Shown here: in pieces, positions 10,930-21,043 of the stretch
How positions within the stretch are numbered: position 1 is the stretch's first letter
Layout of the letters: every line of letters starts with the position of its first letter
Assembly: GCA_038226715.1 (NCBI GenBank)
Contig: JBBRQF010000004.1
Span: forward strand, 86,360 to 150,359
Source: Chitinophagales bacterium
GTDB lineage: Bacteria; Bacteroidota; Bacteroidia; Chitinophagales; Chitinophagaceae
Direction: 5' to 3'
Length of the DNA: 64,000 bases
Translations under genes and position numbers: made by a program
The notes under the pieces: model-generated
The model's input: only the letters and a program-made list of their open reading frames with translations
The model's database searches: none
Told to the model about the DNA's origin: nothing

Positions 10930-10968
10930 AAAAAAAGAAAACCCCTGCAAAATATCTGCAGGGGTTTC
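10930..10968 (-). terminator. Intrinsic terminator of the DUF1573 gene pair
   Basis: AAACCCCTGCA / TGCAGGGGTTT stem followed by U-rich tract on minus strand, about 25 nt after stop at 10993. Confidence 0.75.
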
Positions 10969-10992
10969 AATAAAATTATAAGCTTATTTAAA

Positions 10993-11496
10993 TTAACCTT
11001 TTGAACCGGTTTTCATTTTAGAAACTGGTGCAGGCCTAACCGCAGTTGCTGGTTTAACAGGGGCAATTTCAGTTTTTTTCTTTGCATCGTTTTCAGCTAC
11101 CCATTTGTCATATTCTTCAGCAGTTAAAACATCACCGGTGATAGTGATACTTTTCAGTTCATCTACTCCAGCAAATTTTACAGTAAGGTGCTTGTCAAAA
11201 TGATTGGCAGCAGCAGCATTGTAAGTTGCAGTAATAGTACCTGTTTTACCAGGAGCTATTGGCGATTTTGTATAATCTCCCATAGTACAGCCACAGGTAG
11301 GATTAGCCTGTTCAATAATTAAAGGCTCTGTTCCAACATTGGTTACAACAAAAGTTGCAACAGCCGGAACACTTTGCTTTATTTTTCCCAGGTCAATTGT
11401 TTCAGATGCAAATTTAGCTACATCTGCTGCAGTTTTCTGTGCAAACAACATGGCCGAGAAAGTAATAGCTGTTAATGAAAGGAATAATTTTTTCAT
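10993..11496 (-). CDS. DUF1573 domain secreted protein
   Basis: Signal peptide; DLGKIKQ...PTCGCT...PIAPGKTG...YNA pattern. Confidence 0.85.
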   Translation of the reverse strand: MKKLFLSLTAITFSAMLFAQKTAADVAKFASETIDLGKIKQSVPAVATFVVTNVGTEPLIIEQANPTCGCTMGDYTKSPIAPGKTGTITATYNAAAANHFDKHLTVKFAGVDELKSITITGDVLTAEEYDKWVAENDAKKKTEIAPVKPATAVRPAPVSKMKTGSKG

Positions 11497-11515
11497 GATG
11501 GTAATGTTTAATTGT

Positions 11516-12007
11516 TTAGTTTTTTAAATCGTTTACGGCTTTGTTTTCCGGAGCAGAACTGCCCGGCGTTTTCCAAACTTCGCCTTTTATAGTTATTTGT
11601 TTGGACTGTGTTTCGTTATAAGTTACAGTAATAAATTTTGTAAAAGGACCCTCTGCAGCGGCATTATAACCTACAGTGATCTTTGTTTTTTCGCCCGGTG
11701 CTACAATTTTACCTTTTTCCCAGTCAGGTGTTGTGCAACCACAACTTGCATGTATATCGGTAATCTTTAGGTCTATTTTGCTGTTATTGGTAACTTCAAA
11801 AATATGAATAACCGGTTTGCCCTGGGGTATCTTGCCAAAATTAAATTCCGTCTCTTTTAAAGTCAGTAACTCATCTGCCTCAGCAATCGAAACAGTATTG
11901 GTAGTCACATTGGTAGTTACAGTATTAGCACTACTACCTGCAGGTGTTTGGGCATTAACCATCGACACAATGCAAACGGCAGAAAAAAATGTAAATATGC
12001 GTTTCAT
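11516..12007 (-). CDS. DUF1573 domain secreted protein (tandem paralog)
   Basis: Signal peptide; FNFGKIPQG...ASCGCT...VAPGEK...YNA pattern. Confidence 0.85.
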   Translation of the reverse strand: MKRIFTFFSAVCIVSMVNAQTPAGSSANTVTTNVTTNTVSIAEADELLTLKETEFNFGKIPQGKPVIHIFEVTNNSKIDLKITDIHASCGCTTPDWEKGKIVAPGEKTKITVGYNAAAEGPFTKFITVTYNETQSKQITIKGEVWKTPGSSAPENKAVNDLKN

Positions 12008-12112
12008 GTAAATATGTTATTTAAATAACAACGTAAAGATAATAAAACGGATTTATCTGTTATAAATTGTTATCCCGTTAGGAGATTTTTAACAAAGCTG
12101 CCCTATAATTTA

Positions 12113-12120
12113 TATTTTTG
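12113..12120 (+). promoter_or_regulatory. -7 promoter box (TATTTTTG) for 2-oxoacid dehydrogenase gene
   Basis: TAnnTTTG match 18 nt upstream of ATG. Confidence 0.6.
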
Positions 12121-12138
12121 CCGTAGATTAACCTTGAT

Positions 12139-14520
12139 ATGGATACACAAAACAATAACGATGCTGCCTTACAGGAAAAACTGAGTTTCGATAATTTCAA
12201 AAACGAAGTGCTGAAGGACTATCAATATGCCTGTGAAAGCAGGGAAACCAGTTTGCTTGGCAGAAAGGAAGTACTTACGGGTAAAGCAAAATTCGGAATT
12301 TTTGGAGATGGTAAGGAAGTGGCCCAGGTGGCGGCAGCAAAATTTTTTAAACCCGGCGATTTCAGGTCGGGTTATTACAGGGATCAGACTTTTATGTTTG
12401 CCAACGGACTGGCAAGTGTTGAACAGTTTTTTTCGCAGTTATATGCAGATCCAGATGTTGCTCATGATCCTTTTAGTGCAGGCAGGCAAATGAATGCACA
12501 TTTTGCAACCGAAATGGTTGATGAAAATGGTGATTGGTTAAACCTGGCACAGTTGAAGAATAGCAGTAGTGATATTGCACCAACAGCCGGACAAATGCCT
12601 AGGGCACTGGGCCTGGCTTTTGCTTCTAAAGCATTCAGGAATATTAAAGAAACACATAACCTTACAAACCTCAGCAATAATGGTAACGAAATTTGTTTTT
12701 GTACCATTGGCGATGCATCAACCAGCGAAGGCCATTTTTGGGAAACCATTAATGCTGCCGGTGTTTTACAGGTTCCCCTGGCAGTTTTTGTCTGGGATGA
12801 TGGTTATGGCATTTCTGTTCCAAAAAAATACCAGACAACAAAGGGATCAATTTCTGAAGCATTAAAAGGTTTACAAAAAAAAGAAGGTACTAATGGTATC
12901 GATATTTATAAATTAAAAGGCTGGGACTATGCAGGTATGTGTGAAGTACTGGAACCTGCCATTCAAAAAATAAGAGATACACATACGCCTGCTATTTTTC
13001 ATGTGGAGGAAATTACACAGCCGCAGGGGCATTCTACTTCCGGTAGTCACGAGCGTTACAAAACATCTGAAAGGCTTGAGTGGGAAAAAGAATGGGATGG
13101 TTTAAAACAAATGCGTGAATGGCTCATCACCAATGCACTGGCTGATACAGAAGAATTGAGTCATATTGAAGAGAACGCCGTTTTGTATGCCAGGGAAAGT
13201 AAACAAAGAGCCTGGGCTAAATATATTGAACCGATAAAAGAACAGGTTAGCAAAACCATTGAGATATTAAAACCGGTAGCATCTTTAGATCCTGCTATAA
13301 AAAAACTGGCAGATGATTTACTTGCTTTAAGAGAACCCATGCGCAGGGATATTATGAAAACCCTGGCAACGGTAATTGATATGGCCGGGCAAAATGATGC
13401 TGTAACTTCTGTAAAAACATTTTATGCAGCGCTGAAAAAAGAAAATGCAGATTTGTATAACAGCTATTTATACAATGAAGGGCCAAAGTCTGCCTTAAAA
13501 GTGCCTGTCATTAATCCTTATTATAAAGATGATGCAGCACTTGTAAATGGTTATGAAGTGTTGAATAAATATTTTGATGAATTATTTTCAACCAACAATA
13601 AAGTGGTGGCCTTTGGCGAAGACCTTGGCCAGATCGGTGATGTAAACCAGGGCTTCAGCGGCTTACAGGAAAAACATGGTAAGGAGCGTATATTTGATAC
13701 CGGCATCAGAGAACTTACCATCATGGGGCAAGGGATAGGATTGGCTTTAAGAGGGTTAAGGCCAATTGCCGAAATACAATACCTCGATTACTTATTATAC
13801 GGATTGCAACCACTGAGTGATGATGTTTGTACTACACATTTTCGTACTGCCGGGCAACAAAGTTGCCCGCTGATCGTAAGAACAAGAGGCCACAGGTTAG
13901 AAGGTATCTGGCATAGTGGCTCGCCCATGGGGATGATCATCAATGCACTCAGGGGCATGTATGTATGTGTGCCCCGTAACATGGTGCAGGCTGCCGGAAT
14001 GTACAATACATTGTTACAAAGTAATGATCCTGGTTTAGTGATCGAGTGCCTGAACGGCTATCGTTTAAAAGAAAAATTACCTGCAAATTTAATGGCCTAT
14101 ACGGTGCCGTTGGGTGTTCCCGAAATTGTAAAAGAAGGCACCGATGTTACCATCGTAACCTATGGCTCTACCTTACGCATTGTTTTAGCTGCCACCGAAA
14201 CCCTTGATAAAATGGGCATCAGTTGCGAAGTAGTGGATGTGCAAACACTTTTGCCTTTCGATATTGATCATAAAATTGTTGAGTCGTTGAAAAAAACAAA
14301 CCGCATTGTATTTGTTGATGAAGACGTACCCGGTGGAGCGGCGGCTTATATGTTTAATAAAGTGATGGAAGAGCAGGGTGGTTATAAACACCTGGATGTA
14401 TCCCCAAAAACCATTACTGCCAAAGCGCACCGGCCTTCCTATGGCAGCGATGGCGACTACTTCAGCAAACCAAATACAGAAGATGTTGTTGCGGTAATTA
14501 AAGAAATGATGCGTGAGTAA
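12139..14520 (+). CDS. Fused E1 alpha/beta 2-oxoacid dehydrogenase (probably branched-chain)
   Basis: GYYRDQ, TPP-binding GDAS...EG...N motif, GHSTSG loop, C-terminal transketolase-like domains (FGED, DTGIRE, VDEDVPGG). Confidence 0.9.
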   Translation: MDTQNNNDAALQEKLSFDNFKNEVLKDYQYACESRETSLLGRKEVLTGKAKFGIFGDGKEVAQVAAAKFFKPGDFRSGYYRDQTFMFANGLASVEQFFSQLYADPDVAHDPFSAGRQMNAHFATEMVDENGDWLNLAQLKNSSSDIAPTAGQMPRALGLAFASKAFRNIKETHNLTNLSNNGNEICFCTIGDASTSEGHFWETINAAGVLQVPLAVFVWDDGYGISVPKKYQTTKGSISEALKGLQKKEGTNGIDIYKLKGWDYAGMCEVLEPAIQKIRDTHTPAIFHVEEITQPQGHSTSGSHERYKTSERLEWEKEWDGLKQMREWLITNALADTEELSHIEENAVLYARESKQRAWAKYIEPIKEQVSKTIEILKPVASLDPAIKKLADDLLALREPMRRDIMKTLATVIDMAGQNDAVTSVKTFYAALKKENADLYNSYLYNEGPKSALKVPVINPYYKDDAALVNGYEVLNKYFDELFSTNNKVVAFGEDLGQIGDVNQGFSGLQEKHGKERIFDTGIRELTIMGQGIGLALRGLRPIAEIQYLDYLLYGLQPLSDDVCTTHFRTAGQQSCPLIVRTRGHRLEGIWHSGSPMGMIINALRGMYVCVPRNMVQAAGMYNTLLQSNDPGLVIECLNGYRLKEKLPANLMAYTVPLGVPEIVKEGTDVTIVTYGSTLRIVLAATETLDKMGISCEVVDVQTLLPFDIDHKIVESLKKTNRIVFVDEDVPGGAAAYMFNKVMEEQGGYKHLDVSPKTITAKAHRPSYGSDGDYFSKPNTEDVVAVIKEMMRE

Positions 14521-14548
14521 ATTTTCAGCCTGATCATTATTAACGTAT

Positions 14549-15199
14549 ATGATTGATTTCGGTTTTTTACACATCATAGATATTTTAGGTACTTTCTCAT
14601 TTGCAGTATCAGGTGCTTTTTTTGCCATGGAAAAAAAGCTGGATCCCTTTGGTGTGCTTATACTTTCTTTTGTGACGGCAATTGGCGGAGGAACACTGCG
14701 TGATATAATGATTGGCAACCTGCCCGTCGGCTGGTTACGTGATGAAACAGCAACCTTTGTTATTTTTATTGGTGCTATCGGCAGTATGTTCTTTGGCCAG
14801 TGGCTAAAAAAAATAAATGCCACTTTGTTTTTATTTGATGCGTTGGGACTGGGCCTGTTTACTATTATTGGTATTGAAAAAGGGATGGAATTAAATTTCA
14901 GCACCGGCGTTTGCATTGCGTTGGGAACCATCACCGCCAGCTTTGGAGGTGTTATCAGGGATGTATTGTTGAATAATGTTCCGTTGGTTTTTCGCAAAGA
15001 AATATATGCACTTGCCAGCATCATCGGCGGACTCGTTTATTATTTGCTGAAGCAAACAGCATTGAATGAAGATGCTGCAAAAATTATTTGTATCCTGTTG
15101 ATTTTAATTATCCGTTTACTGGCCGTAAAATATAAACTTTCACTTCCATTGATCTATTCAAAAAGTAAAAAAGATGAAACTGAGGATCTACCAGGTTGA
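14549..15199 (+). CDS. Trimeric intracellular cation channel (TRIC/UPF0126, YadS-like) membrane protein
   Basis: Two repeats carrying TAIGGGTLRD and TASFGGVIRD; DALGLGLF. Confidence 0.9.
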   Translation: MIDFGFLHIIDILGTFSFAVSGAFFAMEKKLDPFGVLILSFVTAIGGGTLRDIMIGNLPVGWLRDETATFVIFIGAIGSMFFGQWLKKINATLFLFDALGLGLFTIIGIEKGMELNFSTGVCIALGTITASFGGVIRDVLLNNVPLVFRKEIYALASIIGGLVYYLLKQTALNEDAAKIICILLILIIRLLAVKYKLSLPLIYSKSKKDETEDLPG

Positions 15200-15974
15200 T
15201 GCATTTGCAGATAAACTTTTCAAAGGTAATCCTGCTGCGGTAATTCCCCTGGATAAGTGGCTGGATACTGCACTGATGCAAAAAATTGCATTTGAAAATA
15301 ATTTAAGCGAAACTGCTTTCATAGTTCCATCTGTAAATACAGATCATGATTATGAAATAAAATGGTTTACTCCCGAGGTTGAGATTAATTTATGCGGCCA
15401 TGCCACTTTAGCAAGTGCTTATGTGCTGTTCCATATTTTAAATTTTAATAAGCCTGAGATCCGGTTCAATTCTTTAAGCGGTATATTAAAAGTTACTAAG
15501 GAAGCTGACATGATCTGCCTTGACTTTCCTTCATGGAAACCCGAGCGGTTGGATATTTACCCCGATGAGCTTTCAGCCATATTGAATTACGAAGACTTTG
15601 TAGGCGTGTACAAACACCGCGACATATTAGTTGAAATGGAGAATGAAAATGCAGTGAGAAACTGCAATCCCGATTTTTCACTAATGAAAAAGCATATAGA
15701 TAAAATGATCATCACGGCACCAGGGAAAAAAGTTGATTTTGTCTCCCGCTTTTTTGCACCCGGTGCCGGTATTGATGAAGACCCGGTTACAGGTTCGGCA
15801 CATTCGCAGCTAATACCTTTCTGGGCCGAAAAACTGGGTAAGCATAAACTACATGCATTGCAACTTTCGAAACGTGGTGGTGAATTGTGGTGCGAACAAA
15901 AAGATGAGCGGGTGATCATGAAAGGTAAGGCTGTGTTTTACATGAAAGGAGAAATAGACCTGGGTGAAATTTAA
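15174..15974 (+). CDS. PhzF family isomerase/epimerase-like protein
   Basis: YQVDAF...GNPAAV, NLSETAF, WFTPEVEINLCGHATLA, EDPVTGSAH. Confidence 0.92.
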   Translation: MKLRIYQVDAFADKLFKGNPAAVIPLDKWLDTALMQKIAFENNLSETAFIVPSVNTDHDYEIKWFTPEVEINLCGHATLASAYVLFHILNFNKPEIRFNSLSGILKVTKEADMICLDFPSWKPERLDIYPDELSAILNYEDFVGVYKHRDILVEMENENAVRNCNPDFSLMKKHIDKMIITAPGKKVDFVSRFFAPGAGIDEDPVTGSAHSQLIPFWAEKLGKHKLHALQLSKRGGELWCEQKDERVIMKGKAVFYMKGEIDLGEI

Positions 15975-16029
15975 ATTTTATTATTTTTAACCGTTGCAAT
16001 TATTGTTCTTAAAACTAAAATTATATACC

Positions 16030-16797
16030 ATGAAGAAAATATTTTATGCCTGCCTGTTGTTTTCTCTTTTTGCCTGCAATAACCAAAATACAGATTCAAA
16101 AGAAAAAGGAAGCAAGCCAGTTGCTGTTTCAGAAATGATATCCTCAACTGCCGGTTGCGGGTCACTTATTCTTTTTCATAAAGGAGCCATTATTGAAGGC
16201 GCCACTTATGATGGTGCCGGTAAACAAACCGGCAAACAAACCACTACAGTTACCGATGTAAAGGAAGAAGGTGGAATACTTGTTGCCAGTTCATCGGCAG
16301 TTACGAATGGGCCAACAGGCGAACGCAGGATGAACATGGTTTACAAATGCGATGGAAAAAACCTGTTCATGGATATGAATTCGGTATTACAGAATTTTGA
16401 TGTATTGAAAAATATTAAAGGAGATATTAAGCCTATCCGTTTCCCGATAGATATAAGTGTAGGGCAAACATTGCCTGATGCATCTTATACCGTGGCCGTA
16501 GACAGGGGTGAAGTTAAAATGGATATTACAACAAGCTATGCAAACAGAAGGGTAGCCGCCATGGAAAAAATAACTACAACGGCCGGTTCATGGGATTGCT
16601 ATAAAGTAAGCAGCGACATTGTATCGGATGTAAAGGGATTAGATGAAAAAATGAAAGCCGTCATGGATAAATTAAAAGATAAATTGAAAATGAGTACGAT
16701 CATGTGGTACACACCTAAAATAGGAATTGTAAAAACAGAAATGTACCGGGATGGTAAACTATTCAGCCGTTCAGAAATTACAGGTATAAAAGAATAG
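16030..16797 (+). CDS. Lipoprotein, DUF3108-like/TapB-like beta-rich fold (hypothetical)
   Basis: Start moved to ATG 16030 (MKKIFYACLLFSLFAC lipobox); ITTTAGSWDCYKV...WYTPKIGIVKTE pattern. Confidence 0.6.
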   Translation: MKKIFYACLLFSLFACNNQNTDSKEKGSKPVAVSEMISSTAGCGSLILFHKGAIIEGATYDGAGKQTGKQTTTVTDVKEEGGILVASSSAVTNGPTGERRMNMVYKCDGKNLFMDMNSVLQNFDVLKNIKGDIKPIRFPIDISVGQTLPDASYTVAVDRGEVKMDITTSYANRRVAAMEKITTTAGSWDCYKVSSDIVSDVKGLDEKMKAVMDKLKDKLKMSTIMWYTPKIGIVKTEMYRDGKLFSRSEITGIKE

Positions 16798-16870
16798 TTG
16801 AGAAGCGGGTTGGAAATACTATTGAGGATACAGGGTAAAATTGAAATTTTATAATTAAAGCAGTAAGCTG

Positions 16871-16903
16871 AAAAAAAATCCCGGTAATTTTTCGGGATTT
16901 TTT
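16871..16903. terminator. Bidirectional terminator between convergent genes
   Basis: A8-TCCCG(G)...CGGGA-T6 hairpin flanked by A and T tracts. Confidence 0.7.
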
Positions 16904-16912
16904 AATTTTTTC

Positions 16913-17623
16913 TTATTTAAGATTATGATACACTTTCTGCACATCATCATCCTGTTCTAAATGGTCTACCATTTTTAAAACATCGTTAGCCTGGTCTTCA
17001 CTCAGTTCCATGGTATTGGAAGGTATCCAGGTAAGTTCAGCACTGATCACTTCGATTTTCTTTTCCTCCAGGACCTTACTCATATTGCCGTATTCAGTAA
17101 ATGGCGTTCGGATAATTACATTGCCTTCGGCATTTTCACCTATCTCTTCCAGACCAAAATCAATCAATTCAAATTCCAGGTCATCCACATTAACGCCTTC
17201 ACCTTTAATTTTAAATTCGGCCATATGGGTAAAACCAAAAGCCACGCTTCCTGTTGTACCCAGTGAACCTTGTCCTTTTGTAAAATGCATTCTTACGTTG
17301 GCCACGGTACGGGTGGGATTATCTGTTGCGGTTTCAACCAGCACAGCAATACCATGCGGTGCATAACCTTCATACATAAGTTCTTCATAGTTGCTGGTAT
17401 CTTTACCCATTGCCCTTTTAATGGCAGCTTCCACACGATCTTTGGGCATGCCACAGGCTCTTGCATTCAGGTAGCATCTTCTTAAAGCGGGGTTGTTGTC
17501 GGGATCAGGTCCGCTGGATTTTACAGCAATGGCGATCTCTTTACCGATACGGGTAAAATTCTTTGCCATCTTATCCCAACGGGCAAACATGCTGCTTTTT
17601 CTTACTTCAAATATTCTTCCCAT
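16913..17623 (-). CDS. yebC: YebC/PmpR family protein
   Basis: [46 protein letters not shown]. Confidence 0.93.
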   Translation of the reverse strand: MGRIFEVRKSSMFARWDKMAKNFTRIGKEIAIAVKSSGPDPDNNPALRRCYLNARACGMPKDRVEAAIKRAMGKDTSNYEELMYEGYAPHGIAVLVETATDNPTRTVANVRMHFTKGQGSLGTTGSVAFGFTHMAEFKIKGEGVNVDDLEFELIDFGLEEIGENAEGNVIIRTPFTEYGNMSKVLEEKKIEVISAELTWIPSNTMELSEDQANDVLKMVDHLEQDDDVQKVYHNLK

Positions 17624-17628
17624 AAAAT

Positions 17629-17660
17629 GTTAATCCGTTAATTGGTTAATTCGTTAATCT
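17629..17660. repeat. Four tandem 8-mers GTTAATNN
   Basis: gttaatcc gttaattg gttaattc gttaatct; same unit as array at 51255. Confidence 0.85.
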
Positions 17661-17673
17661 GTGGGCCGGGTTG

Positions 17674-17681
17674 CAAATTTA
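17674..17681 (-). promoter_or_regulatory. -7 promoter box (TAAATTTG) for yebC
   Basis: TAnnTTTG match on minus strand. Confidence 0.55.
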
Positions 17682-17784
17682 GGGAAAATCATTTTTTAAA
17701 CGGATTTTGAAAATAGTATAATATTTTAAGCCAGAAACTCCGGCTCCCCTTTTTCGCCGGATTCTGGGCAAGGGGTTAGGGCCC

Positions 17785-17818
17785 AAAAAAGCGGTATCTG
17801 GAAATAGATACCGCTTTT
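17785..17818 (-). terminator. Intrinsic terminator of porin-family gene
   Basis: AAAAGCGGTATCT / AGATACCGCTTTT perfect stem; U6 tract on minus strand. Confidence 0.8.
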
Positions 17819-17835
17819 ACCAGTTATGCATTAAC

Positions 17836-18504
17836 TTAAAAAGTATAACCTATCGAAACTTTTATCACCCGGTTATAAGCCTCGTAATTATCATTTTTAT
17901 CTAATTTGGATAAGCCATAATCATAGCCGGCCTGTATATTTAAGCCATTATCAAATTCATAGCCAATGCCGCCGGTGAGGCCCAGGTCAACTTTATTAAA
18001 TCGTTCAGTAATGCCAAAACCCCGGTTGAAGATAGATATGCCTAATACACCAAGTTTTGCATTTAAGGTGCTGCGGGCCAGGTAAGAAACCTGCGGGCCG
18101 GCATACACATTCAACCCCCTTACAACATTAGCCCTGATTACAAGGGGAATATCAATATAATGCGATTGCACTTGCGCACCAATATTAATACCGAAGTATT
18201 TTAATGCCGGAATTTGAAAATCGCCTTTGATGCTGTAACCTTTTTTGGAATACTGGAGCCCGGGTTCAAATGCAAATACTCCTGAAATAGGAATGCGGAC
18301 ATAACCGCCGATATGCAAACCTTTTTTGCCTTTGGTTACCACGTAGCCATCGGTCTTGTTCAGCAGGTCTTCAATGGCCTGCAGGTCGTCGCCCTCCCAT
18401 TTGGAAAAGTTTATACCGGTTCTGATTCCGTAACTCACCTGTGCATGCAGGAGTGGTGTCATCATTACTATTGCAATGACGCTAACAAAAATTTTTCTGA
18501 TCAT
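17836..18504 (-). CDS. Outer-membrane beta-barrel (PorT-like/porin family) protein
   Basis: Signal peptide, alternating beta-strand pattern (EPGLQYSKKG, YIDIP, YAGPQVSYL), terminal Phe in IGYTF. Confidence 0.85.
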   Translation of the reverse strand: MIRKIFVSVIAIVMMTPLLHAQVSYGIRTGINFSKWEGDDLQAIEDLLNKTDGYVVTKGKKGLHIGGYVRIPISGVFAFEPGLQYSKKGYSIKGDFQIPALKYFGINIGAQVQSHYIDIPLVIRANVVRGLNVYAGPQVSYLARSTLNAKLGVLGISIFNRGFGITERFNKVDLGLTGGIGYEFDNGLNIQAGYDYGLSKLDKNDNYEAYNRVIKVSIGYTF

Positions 18505-18754
18505 AGTTGGTTGCAGGATTTAAGGGCTGCGTGATTTTTTTAATTAGAAAATGATGCCATGGTTTTTTTATTTGCACAAGTATTTGTTAAAGGAAATTCT
18601 GTTTGCAAGCGGTTAACAAAAGCGTAGTTGTCTGGCCACTAAGCATAACTCAATTCTTTTAAATCTTTTAAAATATTGTGGAGATTTTAGAATTTAAAAC
18701 TCTTGTAGTGGCCTGACAACTAAGAAAGCGGCAAGACAACTAAAAGAAAACCTG

Positions 18755-18762
18755 TAAGTTTG
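18755..18762 (+). promoter_or_regulatory. -7 promoter box (TAAGTTTG) for kynA
   Basis: TAnnTTTG match 19 nt upstream of ATG. Confidence 0.6.
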
Positions 18763-18781
18763 CAGCAATTAAAATTGCAAT

Positions 18782-19774
18782 ATGGAGAAAGCCGTTTATT
18801 ATGCCGATTACCTGCAACTGGAAAAAATTACCGAGGCACAGGATCCCGAAAGTTTTAAAGATGGAAAACAACCGGCGCATGATGAAATGCTTTTCATCAT
18901 CATTCACCAGGCTTATGAGCTTTGGTTTAAGCAGGTTTTGTTTGAAGTGAATTCGGTGATTGAGATTATGAACAAACCAGTGGTGAATGATAACAGTCCC
19001 GAAATGCAAACCGTGGTACATCGTTTAAAAAGAGTGGTTACCATTTTAAAAGTATTGGTGCAGCAAATAGATATTATGGAGACGATGACACCGATGGATT
19101 TTCTTGACTTCAGGGATATGCTGCGGCCTGCATCGGGCTTCCAGAGTTACCAGTTTAAAGTGATAGAGGCTAAGCTGGGTTTAAAGTTTGAGCATAGGTA
19201 TGGACAAAGTTATTATACATCACAACTGAAAGAAAAAGATATAGCCATCATCAAAGATGCTGAAAGCGGGAAATCTGTTTTGCAGTTAATTAATGCCTGG
19301 CTGGAAAGAATGCCATTTATAACGGAGGATTTCTGGCGTAATTACCAACAGGTTTATGTAAACAGTTTGGCCGAAGCTGAAAAAAATAATGCAGCAGCAT
19401 TTGAAACTACATTTAATAATCCTGGTGCTGATACAGAAAGGAACCTGTCACCAAAAGCCTGCCGCTCGGCTTTATTTATTATGATGTATCATGGTTACCC
19501 TATGCTGGAGCAACCGTTTCAATTACTGGATACACTTTTGGAAATTGACAACCAACTGGCCAACTGGCGCAGCCGCCACATTAATATGGTACAGCGCATG
19601 ATTGGCACCCGAATTGGTACAGGCGGCAGCACCGGTGCCGGTTATTTAAAAGCTGCTATGGATAAACATTATATTTTTAAAGAGCTGGCGCAGTTGAATA
19701 GTTTTTTGGTAGACAGGAAAAAGTTACCACTATTGCCAAAAGAAGTGGGAGAAAAGTTAGGGTATAATTTTTAA
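18782..19774 (+). CDS. kynA: Tryptophan 2,3-dioxygenase
   Basis: YADYLQL, HDEMLFIIIHQAYELWFK, FLDFR...ASGFQSYQF, GTGGSTG heme-proximal loop. Confidence 0.95.
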   Translation: MEKAVYYADYLQLEKITEAQDPESFKDGKQPAHDEMLFIIIHQAYELWFKQVLFEVNSVIEIMNKPVVNDNSPEMQTVVHRLKRVVTILKVLVQQIDIMETMTPMDFLDFRDMLRPASGFQSYQFKVIEAKLGLKFEHRYGQSYYTSQLKEKDIAIIKDAESGKSVLQLINAWLERMPFITEDFWRNYQQVYVNSLAEAEKNNAAAFETTFNNPGADTERNLSPKACRSALFIMMYHGYPMLEQPFQLLDTLLEIDNQLANWRSRHINMVQRMIGTRIGTGGSTGAGYLKAAMDKHYIFKELAQLNSFLVDRKKLPLLPKEVGEKLGYNF

Positions 19775-19825
19775 CCGTTATTTCCCAAACGGGATGGCTA
19801 CATGAGCAATGAGGGGTATTAAAAA

Positions 19826-20989
19826 CTAATAAATATCTTCTTCTGGTATTTTAAGCTTAGATAAAAAAAGTAAGTATTTACAGCATTCTCTATAAGCATA
19901 GTCAGACATAGTTCTTGTTGTAAAACGATATTTTCCTTTCAGATTGGCTTCAATAATCCATTCAGCTCCATCCATAGGCCGTGGTTCGGGATCTAAAACG
20001 GGCAGGTTCCAAAAATTAATGCTGCTTAGCCTGGATTCCCATTTATTCCATTCGGAACCTGTTAAATATTGTGTAGTGTTTACAATAATTTTGTCAGGAG
20101 AATAACCATTGTTGTCTATTATTTCTTTTGTAGTGAGAATGAAATTATTACATGCTTTTTGAAATCTTATTGTAACAGGATTATGGAAAGAACGAAGCCA
20201 GGTAAAACGATAAATTTCATCATAACCTTTATAATTGTAGAGTGAAGGTTCTTTAAAAGAAGATAAAGAATTACTATACCATAAATCAGCAAAAGTGTCT
20301 AAAGCATTTAAATTAATTTTCGAATTTTGTGTTTTGTCATACAATGGGAAATACAATTGCGAAAGTGTGGTTGAATCATTTCTAAACCTGCTATTGGGTT
20401 CACCAATTTGTAAACCTGAGAATTTTATACTGCCATTAACTTTGATAAATGAAAATGAGTGTATTCTCATTATGTCATAATTCCCACTAATTTCCTTTGA
20501 AATAAGGTCTATTCTGTAATTAAGTAGAGCGCTATCACGAGGCGAAGCTAAATGCTGAGTGTCCTTATTGTAAGTGTATTTTAAGTAGACATGGGATTGT
20601 TCTTTTTTTGAATAGGGAATGAAAGTTAAGTTCTTTTGCCTGGCGTATTGAGAATTTAAAAACTCTTTAATAGAGAAGGATTGAATTTCCGGCTTATAAT
20701 CATTGACCTCTTTTTTATGAACCGAATAATCAATACTATCTAATGAAAGCTTTATTATTTTGGGGCTATCCTTTTGCTGAAAAAGCTCATTAAATCTTTT
20801 CCAGAATTGTAAAAATTCTAACGTGTCTTTTTTCAGAATTTCAATTTGAGGCTCAGCTTCCATTTTTATTTCAGCCATTTGTGTTTCTACTGTTTCAAAT
20901 TCAACGTTTTCAGGTGGTGCAATCAGTTTATTATGCTTACAAGAATAGCATATTAAAGCTGTAAGTACCCCAAAAAAAATTAGTTTCAT
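19826..20989 (-). CDS. Hypothetical lipoprotein (AT-rich accessory gene)
   Basis: 387 aa ORF, lipobox ICYSC; C-terminal YRFTWLRSFHNP...NFW...DGAEWIIE segment; no function recognised. Confidence 0.7.
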   Translation of the reverse strand: MKLIFFGVLTALICYSCKHNKLIAPPENVEFETVETQMAEIKMEAEPQIEILKKDTLEFLQFWKRFNELFQQKDSPKIIKLSLDSIDYSVHKKEVNDYKPEIQSFSIKEFLNSQYARQKNLTFIPYSKKEQSHVYLKYTYNKDTQHLASPRDSALLNYRIDLISKEISGNYDIMRIHSFSFIKVNGSIKFSGLQIGEPNSRFRNDSTTLSQLYFPLYDKTQNSKINLNALDTFADLWYSNSLSSFKEPSLYNYKGYDEIYRFTWLRSFHNPVTIRFQKACNNFILTTKEIIDNNGYSPDKIIVNTTQYLTGSEWNKWESRLSSINFWNLPVLDPEPRPMDGAEWIIEANLKGKYRFTTRTMSDYAYRECCKYLLFLSKLKIPEEDIY

Positions 20990-21043
20990 CTTTATTTAGT
21001 TTTGATACTTGTAAGATGTTACAATATTCAAATTCCATATTTG

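Noticed and set aside
14185-15024. 279-aa minus-strand ORF
   Set aside because: Antisense to two well-supported genes
15174-15974. Phenazine biosynthesis cluster
   Set aside because: Lone PhzF-family gene; no other phz genes
18652-18707. AAATCTTTT-type tandem/inverted array
   Set aside because: Too degenerate and AT-rich to separate from background
18782-19774. kynA and hmgA lacking neighbouring pathway genes
   Set aside because: Dispersed catabolic genes are common in Bacteroidota; other genes may lie outside the window
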